Shown: piece after piece, positions 39,884 through 50,648 of the stretch
How the letters are laid out: each line of letters begins with the position of its first letter
Position numbering within the stretch: position 1 is the first letter of the stretch
Origin: an uncultured Nitrospinota bacterium
Lineage (GTDB): Bacteria > Tectomicrobia > Entotheonellia > J063 > CAVPRW01
DNA: 64,000 bases
Assembly: GCA_963707985.1 (NCBI GenBank)
Contig: CAVPRW010000042.1
Span: 192,001 to 256,000 of the forward strand
Direction: 5' to 3'
Notes under the pieces: generated by a model
Told to the model about the DNA's origin: nothing
What the model saw: only the letters and a program-made list of their open reading frames with translations
Databases searched by the model: none
Translations under genes and position numbers: made by a program

Positions 39884-40647
39884 TGAGGCGCGCCAAAATG
39901 GCAGCCTGGATTATGATTGGAGGACTTACCTTCGTAATACCGTGGGCTAGTGTTGCATTGGATGATCAAAGCGGACAGCCAAGGCGACCAGGCATCAAAT
40001 CCCAAAACGAGCGTTCGGCAGCCGCTGCTGAAACGCCAGAGTATATACCCCCTGTACGCAGCGCGCCGGGAGGCCGCGTGGGAGGCAGCACCCGCGGGGC
40101 TGGCATGATGCCCCTTCTGTCCGCACTCGCGCCAGACCACACCGGCCTGACCGTCCAAGAACAGCCATCCTTATACTGGTACCTCGCAGGAGCGACGGGC
40201 TACCCCGTCGAATTCACCATCATCGACGATCGGTCTGTACAACCCCTCATAGAGACACGCATAAATGGCCCGATCCGACCCGGCGTGCAGCGCCTGCGGT
40301 TAGCCGATTATGGCATGCGGCTCTCGCCGGGTGTGCCGTATCGGTGGTCTGTGGCCCTGGTCGTCGATCCCGATAGCCGATCGAGAGACAACATGGCGGG
40401 TGGGGCCATCGAACGGATTGCGCCCTCGGCGGAGCTCCTCACGAAACTGACTCGAGCGGGCAAGGCGCAAGCTCCCAATGTCTATGCTGAAGCGGGACTA
40501 TGGTATGACGCTCTCAGCGCGATCTCAGACCTGCTCGACGCTGCCCCAAATGATCCGGTGCTCCGTCAAAAGCGTTCCTCGCTGCTGGAGCAGGTAGGTT
40601 TGCGGGAAATTGTTGAGCATGATGTACGTCGCAGTCGCACCCCATGA
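39880..40647 (+). CDS. DUF928 family protein
   Basis: APGGRVGGSTRG, GLTV..QPSLYWY, YRWSV, YAEAGLWYDAL, LLEQVGL. Confidence 0.88.
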   Translation: MMRRAKMAAWIMIGGLTFVIPWASVALDDQSGQPRRPGIKSQNERSAAAAETPEYIPPVRSAPGGRVGGSTRGAGMMPLLSALAPDHTGLTVQEQPSLYWYLAGATGYPVEFTIIDDRSVQPLIETRINGPIRPGVQRLRLADYGMRLSPGVPYRWSVALVVDPDSRSRDNMAGGAIERIAPSAELLTKLTRAGKAQAPNVYAEAGLWYDALSAISDLLDAAPNDPVLRQKRSSLLEQVGLREIVEHDVRRSRTP

Positions 40648-40834
40648 GCATAGAGCATGCATGGGTCAAAACCCACCGAACCCGCGAACATGGGTGTGAT
40701 GAAGCTAGGCGACAGGTCACGATCCAACGCTCGAGAGGTCCTTCTGAATCGCCCTAAATCTCGGTGTCGCAGCGTGTAGGTGGAGACCATCCAGGGCTGC
40801 GGCCATCGAGTGGGGGAGCTAGGCCAGCTCCCGT

Positions 40835-41273
40835 TCACTGACAGGCGGGATGTTCCACGCCTTCCCCACCCGCGGTGAGGTGCCCCTGTCCACTGGTCGC
40901 CACCGCAGCCAGGACATTCGCCTGGTAGCCCAACGTGAGACCATCATAAGCCAAACCGAGGAAGGACAGAATCCGCTCCCCCATAGGGGACTTCTCCGAA
41001 CCACAACGTTCCAGCATTGGGAGGATTTGTATACGATTGTTCGAGCATCACTCCTGCTTGTGGTCCGCAGATATCCACTTGTATGGTAGTCGTAGTAAAG
41101 CGCGCACAGGTATACAGCGGTGGTGGTGACTGCTCGGGACCGACGGACACCGACAGGTCGTAGGTCTTCCCGGCGACCGCGGCATCTGCCCTCCCGGGGC
41201 CGAACCACCCGCCACTCAGCGCCACCACGCCCAGGAGGAGACTGGCCGGGTCGCGTAGAAACACATCTGACAC
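40835..41273 (-). CDS. Hypothetical secreted protein, probably frameshifted near 40975
   Basis: Hydrophobic leader ending ADA-AV; ORF 40835..41017 appears to continue it in another frame. Confidence 0.4.
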
Positions 41274-41448
41274 GCTGCGAACGTTCCCCCCAGGCCCACC
41301 AAACGCATCAGCGCGAATCTGGCTACCCTGATGGCTATGGCCTCCATCAGCCGTTAATTATCGTGTCAAGGCATTTTCAAAAAAGGCTATTGTTGTCGTA
41401 GATTGGGCAGGGAAAAACTGCGAATGCGGATTCTAGCGGGTGCTCACG

Positions 41449-41715
41449 TATGGCCCTGAGTTAGAGAAGCGATTTGGCATGAGCAAGCCGCCAGTGTGCA
41501 TAAGCTGGCTGTTGGGTGAGACGTCCATCAAGGTCGAAGGGTCGTAGAAATACCGCTATCGCTCGGTCCCCAAGGACACTGCCGACTTCTTGATGGCCAA
41601 CCGTCGCCACCATAACGCGGCTCATTGTTCGCTGGAAAAGGCGATGCGTAGTCACGGCACCCGAGAGAACATCGGTGTGGAATGAGGTCATGCAGATGAT
41701 CAAAAAGAGACAGGA
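41449..41715 (+). mobile_element. IS6-family transposase remnant
   Basis: YGPELEKRF...SWLLGETSIKVEGS*KYRYRSV...TADFL...EKAMRSHGT...MQMIKKRQ resembles IS6 WRMDETYIKVKG.WKYLYRAVD. Confidence 0.75.
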
Positions 41716-41871
41716 ACATGTGCTGAACATGCCGCCACCCCCGCCAGCCTCCCACCTGGCACGAGGATTTGACTTTGGTCATCCTTTGTGACACTGCTGG
41801 CGAAGTCCTTCGGGCACTGGTACGCTGCATCAGCGTCGTGCTGGTCTCAGGCCTATCGTTGGAGGTGTACG

Positions 41872-42177
41872 ATGCTTCGCCCGATGCCGATCAAACCCAT
41901 CCCACCTGAAACGGCCCGTATCGCCAGGGCGGCATATCTCACAGGGAACCGGTACCTGCGGCTGGCCGATGAACTGGACGAGCTGTTCACGGATGGCGCC
42001 TTTCAAGCGCTGTTCCCCGCCCATGGACAACCCGCGCTGCCCCCGTGGCGGCTGGCGCTCGTCACGCTCCTGCAATTCGCGGAGGGGATCTCCGATCGCC
42101 TGAAACTCCTCAAGCGACAAAGTTATGGACGGGCTAGCTTTGCACTCGTACAGCAACGCGTCTTCCAGGTGGCATAG
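41872..42177 (+). mobile_element. Chimeric remnant: IS1182-like N-terminus fused to ISL3-like C-terminus
   Basis: IPPETARIARAA...GN.YLRL.DEL...GQPALPPWRLALVTLLQFAEG.SDR, then LKLLKRQSYGRASF. Confidence 0.75.
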
Positions 42178-42301
42178 CGAGAGCAGGGGCTCACCTATGG
42201 GGCAGAGGGCTCTTGGTTGATACGCGCCACATGTGGCGCACGACTTCCCTGAAGACCTGGCCGACCTGCTGACGGATAGAGCGTGTCGCCATGGGAGATA
42301 G

Positions 42302-43762
42302 ATGATGTGGGCACAGGACCCAGATCGTGGGACGAGCGCTGCTGCCCACCGATCGCCGAGACAGGTGCTCTGCTGGTCGGCGGTCGGCTACAGCCTCATG
42401 GTCCTTGGCACTATCGGCGCCTTTCTCCTTATTCGCGGCTATGGTGAGAGGCTGGTGGCCCCGCCGGCAGCCCCCGTCGCATCGTTCGCCGACGTGACCG
42501 ACCAGCCGGCCTCTGTCCTCTTGCATGTGCTCGTGGCGCTCACGGCCATCATCATCACCGGGCAGCTCCTGGCCAAGCTCTTTGCCTATCTGTGCCAGCC
42601 GTCCGTGATCGGGGAGGTGGTCGCCGGCATTCTGCTCGGGCCCTCGCTGCTCGGCTCGGAGCTCTCGGGGTGGATCCTGCCACCCGGAGTCGCCCCCTTC
42701 CTGGGCCTCATCGCGCAGCTCGGCATCATATTGTATATGTTCATGGTTGGGCTGGAACTCAATGTCAGTCTGCTTACACACCGCGTGCATGCGACCGTGG
42801 CCACATCGCATGCGAGCATCCTCGTACCCTTCCTCCTCGGCACGCTGTTAGCCATAGCGCTGTATCCGCGGCTCTCTGACCGCAGCGTCCCGTTCACCAG
42901 CTTCGCGCTGTTCATGGGCGTGGCCATGTCGATCACCGCCTTTCCCGTGTTGGCGCGGATCCTCACCGACCGCGGCCTGACCCGGACCGAGCTGGGCGTC
43001 ATCGCCCTCGGCTGCGCCGCCACCGACGATGTAACCGCCTGGTGCCTGTTAGCGTTCGTTGTGGGCATCGCCCGGGCGCAGGTCGGCCAAGGGCTCCTGA
43101 TCACGGCTGGGGCGCTCGGCTATATCGCCGCTATGCTGGTGATCGCGCGGCCGCTGCTGCGCCCTGTCGCCGCACGGTGGACCACGGAACCGCTGCCGCG
43201 CGGCGCGGTTGTGGTGGTCTTCGTGGCGTTGCTCCTGTCCGCGCTCACCGCCGAGGTGATTGGCATCCATGCCATCTTCGGTGCCTTCCTGCTCGGGGCA
43301 GTCATTCCCCACGAGAGCGTCGTCGCACGGACCTTGACCCGCCAGCTCGAACACCTCGTCACGATCCTGCTCCTCCCGGCCTTCTTTGCGTTTACCGGGA
43401 TGCGGACGCGGATCGATCTGGTGTCAGGCCTGGACCAGTGGATACTCTGTGCCCTGATCGTCCTGATCGCCACGCTGGGCAAGTGCGGGGGCACACTCGT
43501 CGCCGCCCGCCTAACCGGCATGGGCTGGCGCGCCGCCGCCGCCTTGGGCACATTGATGAATACGCGGGGGCTCATGGAATTGATCGTGCTCAACATCGGG
43601 CTGGACCTTCGGGTCATCTCGCCGACGCTCTTTGCCATGATGGTGGTGATGGCACTGGTGACCACCATGGCCACCGCGCCGGTGCTGTGGTGGTTGCTGC
43701 CACACACGGCACCAGCACCCGCATCGGGGAACGCCAGGGCGACACACCAGGAGCAGACGTGA
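42302..43762 (+). CDS. Cation:proton antiporter (CPA2/Na_H_Exchanger)
   Basis: QPSVIGEVVAGILLGPS, SITAFPVLARIL, AATDDV, MNTRGLMELIVL. Confidence 0.93.
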   Translation: MMWAQDPDRGTSAAAHRSPRQVLCWSAVGYSLMVLGTIGAFLLIRGYGERLVAPPAAPVASFADVTDQPASVLLHVLVALTAIIITGQLLAKLFAYLCQPSVIGEVVAGILLGPSLLGSELSGWILPPGVAPFLGLIAQLGIILYMFMVGLELNVSLLTHRVHATVATSHASILVPFLLGTLLAIALYPRLSDRSVPFTSFALFMGVAMSITAFPVLARILTDRGLTRTELGVIALGCAATDDVTAWCLLAFVVGIARAQVGQGLLITAGALGYIAAMLVIARPLLRPVAARWTTEPLPRGAVVVVFVALLLSALTAEVIGIHAIFGAFLLGAVIPHESVVARTLTRQLEHLVTILLLPAFFAFTGMRTRIDLVSGLDQWILCALIVLIATLGKCGGTLVAARLTGMGWRAAAALGTLMNTRGLMELIVLNIGLDLRVISPTLFAMMVVMALVTTMATAPVLWWLLPHTAPAPASGNARATHQEQT

Positions 43763-43937
43763 GCTTCTGCCAGCACCCAAAGGCGGCAGGCAGAGGGCCT
43801 ATCCCGTAGTCACCAAGACCGACGAAGATTCTGCTTAATGTGGCGAATGAACCGGGTTCGCTTTCTTATTGACATCGACCATGCTGCGTGGTAAGTGGTA
43901 CCAAGGGACATATGGCGCGGGATTGGAAGATCGAGCC

Positions 43938-45944
43938 ATGCGAGTACGTTTTTGGGGCACGAGAGGCTCAGTTCCAACGCCTGGGCCGGCTACCACCCGA
44001 TTCGGTGGGAACACTTCATGTGTGGAGGTCGTCGCTGCCGACGGCACCTGCGTCGTGCTGGACTGCGGTACCGGCGCGCGTGAGCTTGGCCTGGCCCTAC
44101 TCGCCGAGGGCCCGCCGACGCTCCACATCCTGCTGACCCACACCCACTGGGACCACATCCAAGGCTTTCCCTTCTTCGCCCCTGCCTACCTCCCTGGCGC
44201 TATTGTGAACGTTTATGCCACGTCGGGCCTGGAGCGTACCTTGGAGGAAGCCCTCTCGGGGCAGATGCAGCACACCTATTTCCCAGTTCGCCTCAGCGAG
44301 CTCAGGGCCCAGATCGCCGTGCACGAAGTGGGGGAAGGCACATTCCGGGTTGGGGAGATCACGATCCGCACACAGTATCTCAACCATACCTCCCCCTGCC
44401 TGGGCTACCGCCTGGAAGCGGGGGGCGTCAGCGTCGTCTACGCCACTGACCACGAGCCGTTCTGGTGGGAAGGACCAAAGGCGGCCCCCGCTGAGCGACT
44501 GCTCCATCCGGGGGATCGCCGCCACGTCGAGTGGATGGCTGGCGCTGACTTGGTGATCCACGACGGGCAGTTCACCGATGCCGAGTATCCCGCTAAGCGC
44601 AACTGGGGCCACAGCTCGGTCGAGTATGCCACCGATCTGGCCATCCTAGCCGGCGTCAAGCGCTTGGTCTTATTCCATCACGACCCAACCCGTGCGGACC
44701 AAGTGGTGGCCCGCATGGCCCAGCGCATGCTCCGCCGGGCACGCAAGCAGGGCTCTAACCTGGACATCATCGCTGCGGCTGAGGGGTTGGACCTCGAGTT
44801 GCCAGAATCAGCTGCGTCCCAACCGGGCATCGTGGATGGCACACGACCGGTCGTCACCCATGGGTGCAGCGTCATGCTGGCTGGAGGTGATGAAGCAGAG
44901 CTCGCGGCGGTGCGGCGGGCACTGGAGCCCGACGGCTATCGCTTCGTTCTTGCCGGAGCTGTAGACCACCTGGGTGACGAGTTGGCTCGAGAACGCCCGG
45001 ACTTGCTCATCCTGGCTCCAAGGCTGGACGAAGACTCACCGGTCGCACTGGCCCAGCGGGTACGCACGGGTAGCATGGTGGGCAACCTACCCATCATCAT
45101 ACCGGCCCGCGAGGTTGGCCCGGACGCGGCGGGACTGCTCAGTCTCGGCACGGACATTGTCCTTCGCCCGTGGTCAGCCCCGATGCTCCGGGCACGCCTC
45201 AGAGCCTGGCTGGGTCGCTCGGCCCTCCTCCAGCCAGCACGGCCGGTGCGGACAATCAGACGCTCGCTCTCCACCGGCCAGCAGCTCCCAGCCCTCTTCC
45301 GCGGCCTGCCCCCCCGTGCATTGGCGCTCTTCCTCGACAGCTGCCGCCCAGTTCGTCTACGGCCCGGTGAAGTGCTAGTCCATGAAAACCAGCAGGCTTC
45401 CGGTGTATATTTGCTCCGCACCGGAACGGTGTCGATCTCTATCACCGGGCCAAACGGGCGGCAGATTCACTTTGGCACGGCCGGACCAGGTGATCCCATT
45501 GGTGAACTGGCCGCCCTGGGGGGTGGCCGTCATAGCGCCACGGTCATCGCGCTGCGCTCAGTCATGGCTGACTATGTACCACAGGACGCCTTCCTCGCCA
45601 TCTTGGCCGCATCGCCGGAGGTCATGCTGCGACTATTGCGCTTGCTGACGACACGCCTGCGCATCACCGACACGCGGGCTGTGGAGCTAGCGTCCACCGG
45701 GTTGTACAACCGTGTGATCCAGCTTTTGCTCGAGGGGAGCGGTTATGCCGCCGGACCAACTGGTTTGGACGCCGCTTCCCTGGCCCGCCGCGTGGAGGAC
45801 GGCTGCGAGACGCTGGGCCGCGCCGTGATGCTGCTCGAAGCGCAGGGCTTGGTCCGTACTGGCCCCAAGGGGGTCGAGGTCTTGGACCCGCAGGGTCTAC
45901 GCCGACTCATCGGACAAGATGACGTCGCCAGCAGCCAGAGCTAA
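43938..45944 (+). CDS. MBL-fold metallo-hydrolase fused to receiver-like, cNMP-binding and CRP-HTH-like domains
   Basis: RFWGTRGS, GGNTSC, THTHWDH, WGHS, FHHDP; PDLLIL REC-like; GELAAL...HSATV cNMP. Confidence 0.88.
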   Translation: MRVRFWGTRGSVPTPGPATTRFGGNTSCVEVVAADGTCVVLDCGTGARELGLALLAEGPPTLHILLTHTHWDHIQGFPFFAPAYLPGAIVNVYATSGLERTLEEALSGQMQHTYFPVRLSELRAQIAVHEVGEGTFRVGEITIRTQYLNHTSPCLGYRLEAGGVSVVYATDHEPFWWEGPKAAPAERLLHPGDRRHVEWMAGADLVIHDGQFTDAEYPAKRNWGHSSVEYATDLAILAGVKRLVLFHHDPTRADQVVARMAQRMLRRARKQGSNLDIIAAAEGLDLELPESAASQPGIVDGTRPVVTHGCSVMLAGGDEAELAAVRRALEPDGYRFVLAGAVDHLGDELARERPDLLILAPRLDEDSPVALAQRVRTGSMVGNLPIIIPAREVGPDAAGLLSLGTDIVLRPWSAPMLRARLRAWLGRSALLQPARPVRTIRRSLSTGQQLPALFRGLPPRALALFLDSCRPVRLRPGEVLVHENQQASGVYLLRTGTVSISITGPNGRQIHFGTAGPGDPIGELAALGGGRHSATVIALRSVMADYVPQDAFLAILAASPEVMLRLLRLLTTRLRITDTRAVELASTGLYNRVIQLLLEGSGYAAGPTGLDAASLARRVEDGCETLGRAVMLLEAQGLVRTGPKGVEVLDPQGLRRLIGQDDVASSQS

Positions 45945-46277
45945 GGTTTCTGTCCCCCGTAGCAAAGCATGGCAGAGAGCTGTGTGAGGTGGCAAACTCC
46001 CGCACCTCAGCCAGCCGATGTTAACACCCCACGTCGACCACACCCTTCAAGCCTTCCTGCCGGAATAGCCGCCGGAACCACGGCAATCCTTCTGCCATGG
46101 CACGCATGCTGTCATCCCCGACCACTAGCCGAGATCAGAACGCTTGACGAATGAACGAGGACAGGTTCTGTGCCTCCCGCATCATTTGGCTACATGTCGT
46201 TGGGGTCTCGCAGAATGTCCAACTCCTCAGCGAGGGCAATGAGGTTGTCCAATTGGCCCGAGAGGCACACGTTTTTG

Positions 46278-46307
46278 TTGACATATATGTGCACGCTGAT
46301 GTATACT
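46278..46307 (+). promoter_or_regulatory. Near-consensus sigma70 promoter
   Basis: TTGACA-N18-TATACT; no convincing ORF until 47056. Confidence 0.45.
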
Positions 46308-47023
46308 AGGACAAAATCATTATCTAAAATTGTGGAGAGACGATCCGCTCATCCTTAAAGCCGTGAGGCAAGATGAGCACACTACGATTAAGAGTCAGTT
46401 AGTCGCTCACCCCAACAACGTAGTGAATGTTTGAAACGGCTTGAAATTTAAGCGAACCATGCAATACAAGGCTGACGTTACGGTTATTGGCCCACTCAAG
46501 AGATGAAGCTCTCGCCAGAGGATGAGGAGAAGTTCCGAGGATCCGAAGAAAAGGGTCTGTCATAGGTTGTCATCCCGTACTACCCAAGGACTGCTTGCCG
46601 CGTGCCGATTTCTAGGGGCATCTCTTTGAGCTTACCCCAGCAACACTGCGTATTCCACCAAATGAACGATGCTATAGGTGCCTTTGGCAAAGATGATCAT
46701 CTTGTCATGCGTCTCCTTGCGCAGCGAGTGCATCCAGCGCTATCCACTGCCGCAGGGCCTTCCCACTACCCCTTATGCGCACGGCTAGCAGTATACAGTG
46801 GCGAGGGCCAACATGATCAATGTGAATACAACGCGCACCCGCAGGTCATCAGGGTGTGCCACATCCCACGACAACCTCTGCTCCAAGTTCTGCGTAAACC
46901 CATCCCGAGTGCCTCCCATGGTCCACCCCCCTCCGCTGCATGCCTCTCGGTAATAATGAAAATCAGCCCCCAAGCAAGGCCGCAGGCACTGGGGAGTTGG
47001 GGCAGCTATCAAAAAAGGAGGTG

Positions 47024-47065
47024 AGCGATGAGGAGAAAGCGATGAGGAGAAAGCGATGAGGAGAA
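47024..47065 (+). repeat. 3x14-bp perfect tandem repeat over the translation start
   Basis: agcgatgaggagaa x3; each unit has an ATG and an AGGAG. Confidence 0.92.
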
Positions 47066-50000
47066 GATGTTTATCTCCTTTACACTTGATCGCGTGGATC
47101 AGCTTCTCCACAGTCTTGCTATCCCCAGATGCGTCTCCTGCAGCGACGCCGGAGCAATGGATTGCCAGAGCGGTTTCAGTGCAAGGAACGGTAGAGTCGA
47201 GAAAAGTGGACGAACCGCTGTGGCAACCGGTGAAATTACAGGACACATTCCTCCCCGGTGATACGATTCGGGTGCTAGAAAAAAGCCGGGCATCCGTGGC
47301 CTTGCTTGACCAATCGGTGCTCCGGCTGAATGTGAATACGACGTTGACTTTCAAGGCCGTGAAGGAGGAACGAACCTCCGTGGTAGATCTGTTCAAAGGA
47401 GCCGCACATTTCTTGAGCCGTGGTCCCCGCAGTCTGGATGTGCAGACTCCCTTTACCACTGCAGGTATCAGGGGCACCGAATTCTTCATCAGTGTCGAGG
47501 CTGACAAGACCTTCCTGTCGATATTTGAAGGCACGGTGGTGGCTGAGAACCCGGCCGGAAGCCTGGCGCTCACCAGTGGGCAATCGGCCGTGGCCGAGGC
47601 GGGCAAAGCGCCTATGCTGCGGATCGTGGCACATCCCCGCGATGCTGTCCAGTGGGCCTTGTACTATCCGCCCGTCGTCTATGTTCGCCCGGATGAATTT
47701 GCAGTCGGACCAGCTTGGCAGGGGATGGTTCGACAATCGATGGCGTTATATTGGCGGGGAGATCTCCAGGGGGCTTTCGATAGCATTGCAAATGTTCCGG
47801 AGGATATCCGCGACCCGCGCTTTTTCACCTATCGTGCCTCACTGCTGCTGGCCGTAGGCCGCTTACATGAGGCTGATGTGGATATCGAGCGGGCGCTGAC
47901 ACTGGCTCCGAGCGACAGCGATGCCCTGGCGCTGCTAGCGATCATCGCCATCGTGCAGAACGACAACGACAAAGCGCTCGCTGTCGCACAAAAAGCCGTC
48001 GCGTCAGCTCCTCACTCGGCGACGGCGTTCATCGCCCTCTCCTATGCCCAGCAGGCCAAGTTCGACTTGGAAGGTGCACGAGCAAGTCTGGAAAAGGCGG
48101 TGCAACTCGACCCCAAAAATGCGCTGGCATGGGCCCGACTGTCTGAGCTCTGGGCGTCCTTCGGCCGTCTGGATCGAGCCCTCACCGCAGCTCAGAAGGC
48201 GGTAGCACTGGAGCCTGATCTGTCAAGAACCCAGACAGTACTCGGGTACGCTTACCTGATGCAGGTCAGGACGAAACAGGCCAGTGATGCCTTTGCCAAA
48301 GCGATTGCGCTTGATCAGGCGGATCCCTTGCCGCGGCTGGGCTTGGGTTTGGCGCAGATCCGGGACGGGCATCTCGGTGAGGGAGGCCGAGATATCGAGA
48401 TCGCCGCCAGCCTGGACCCCAACAACTCTCTCGTGCGCAGCTATCTCGGTAAGACCTATTACGAAGAGAAACGCCTGCCATTGGATGAGCGCGAGTATGC
48501 CATCGCTAAGGCACTGGACCCCAAAGATCCTACCCCATGGTTCTACGATGCGATTGCGAAACAGACCACGAATCGACCGGTGGAGGCCCTGCACAATTTG
48601 CAAAAATCTATCGATCTCAACGACAACCGGGCCGTCTTCCGCTCGCGGTTGTTGCTCGATGCGGACCTGGCAGCGCGCAGCGCCAGCCTGGGCCGGATAT
48701 ATGCCGATCTGGGCTTCCAGCAGCTGGCCCTGGTGGAGGGTTGGAAATCGGTCAACACTGATCCAACGAACTTTTCCGCCCACCGGTTCCTGGCCGATTC
48801 GTATGCTGTCTTACCCCGCCACGAGATCGCGCAGAGTCAGCGAGCTGCTCCAGTCGCAGCTGCTGCAGCCCATCAACATCACGCCCATTCAGCCTCGCCT
48901 CGCCGTCAGCAACCTGTTCCTGATCAGCGCCGCAGGCCCTGGGGCTCTCTCCTTTAACGAGTTCAACCCCCTGTTCAACCGCAATCGACTCGCCCTGCAG
49001 GCGAGCGGCCTCGCCGGTGATAATAGCACGTATGGTGGAGAAGGGATCGTCTCAGGCATCTACAACAGGGCGTCCTTCAGCATCGGTGGCTCGCACTTTA
49101 GCACAGATGGGTTCCGATTCAACGATGATCAAAGCGATAACCTCGCGAACGCCTTTGTGCAGTTCGAACTGACACCCAGCACCAGCGTTCAGGCCGAGTA
49201 TCAATACAGAAATGTCGAGAGAGGCGATCTTCGGCTGAGATTCTTCCCGGAAGACTTCTTTCGTGGCTTGAGAACGAACATCGAGACGAACACCTACCGC
49301 ATGGGGTTGCGGCACGCTTTTGTCCCAGAGTCGATTCTCCTTGGCTCGTTTATCTACCAAGCGGCAGAGATTAGCGACCAGCTTAGTCAAAGCGGCCCAC
49401 TCCAAAAAACTGAGGTCCAGACGCCTCAAAATGCTTTTAGTGGGGAGGTTCAACATCTGTTCCGTTCGCGCTATGTTGACACGGTGAGTGGAATAGGATC
49501 ATTCAATATCAATGGAACACTAGAAACGACCCTTGATTTTCAATCGATGCTTATTCCCAGGCCTCCGCCGCTACCGCCAGTGATCATACCTGCCCGGAGA
49601 ATTTCCCAAGAAGTAGCCGCAGATATCCATCACACTGATCTTTATGTGTATTCCTACCTCAAGCCTGTACAAAATCTGACATTTACCGTAGGCGCCAGTG
49701 AAGACATCGTGAACACGAATAAATTGAATTTACAGGACACCTCTCAGTTTAACCCCAAACTCGGCATCTTATGGAACCCTTTTCCTAGTACTACCGTGCG
49801 TGGAGCTGCTTTCAAGACTTTGAAGAGAACGCTCATTACGGACCAGACGCTTGAACCGACACAGGTGGCCGGCTTTAATCAGTTCTTTGATGATTTCAAT
49901 GGAACGCAGGCATGGCGCTACGGGGGCGCTGTCGATCAGAAATTTACGCCAAACATATCCGGTGGCGTAGAATACTCCCAGAGGGATCTGTCAGTGCCAT

Positions 50001-50470
50001 TTTTTGATACCAGTCTTAGATTTCGAGAGGAAGACCAGAACGAATATCTAAGTCGTGCCTACCTTTTCTGGACACCCCATGCATGGCTGGCCCTCAGAGC
50101 GGAATATATGTATGAGCGATTCACAAGTGAGGGATTGACTGATCAGCCGAAGGATCTAGATACACAACGCGTTCCCTTGGGGATTAATTTTTTTCACCCA
50201 TCTGGCTTGAGCACCTTCTTGAAAGTAACGTATTTCAATCAAGATGGTAATTTTAGGTTGAACAGCGGAATTTTTCGCTCTGGGAAGGACGACTTCTGGG
50301 TAGTCGATCTGGGAGTCGGTTATCGTCTCCCGAAGCGATATGGTTTCATCACTGTTGGCGCTCTCAATCTCTTTGACGAAAAGTTCAAGTTTTTTGACAG
50401 GGATATTAAGAATTCAAGCATACAACCCAATAGACTGTCATTTATTCGAATAACACTTGCGTTGCCATAA
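47056..50470 (+). CDS. FecR-TPR-outer-membrane beta-barrel receptor (one +1 frameshift near 48832; ~1137 aa restored)
   Basis: Signal peptide; FecR (V.TP...AGIRGTEF); multiple TPRs; EIA|RVSELLQSQLLQP junction; TonB-receptor-like barrel (NPKLG..W, NLFD). Confidence 0.85.
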
Positions 50471-50552
50471 TGATCATTATGGATATTCATTGGAGATTAT
50501 AGGGTAGTTTTTTAGGTTTATTGACATTTAAAAGGGGTATTAGAAAGGAAAA

Positions 50553-50582
50553 TTCACATCACCATGCGGAGTATGGTATAAT
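50553..50582 (+). promoter_or_regulatory. sigma70 extended -10 promoter
   Basis: TTCACA-N18-TATAAT with TG at 50574..50575, upstream of 50649. Confidence 0.55.
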
Positions 50583-50648
50583 CGTGAAAGTCACTACGGT
50601 GTTCCATACACAAACTGAGTACGATGAGACGGCAACGAAAAGGGGTAA

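Noticed and set aside
46083..46097. sigma54-like TGGCAG-N5-TTGC on the minus strand
   Set aside because: It points into the 3' end of a plus-strand gene with no downstream ORF; may be chance.
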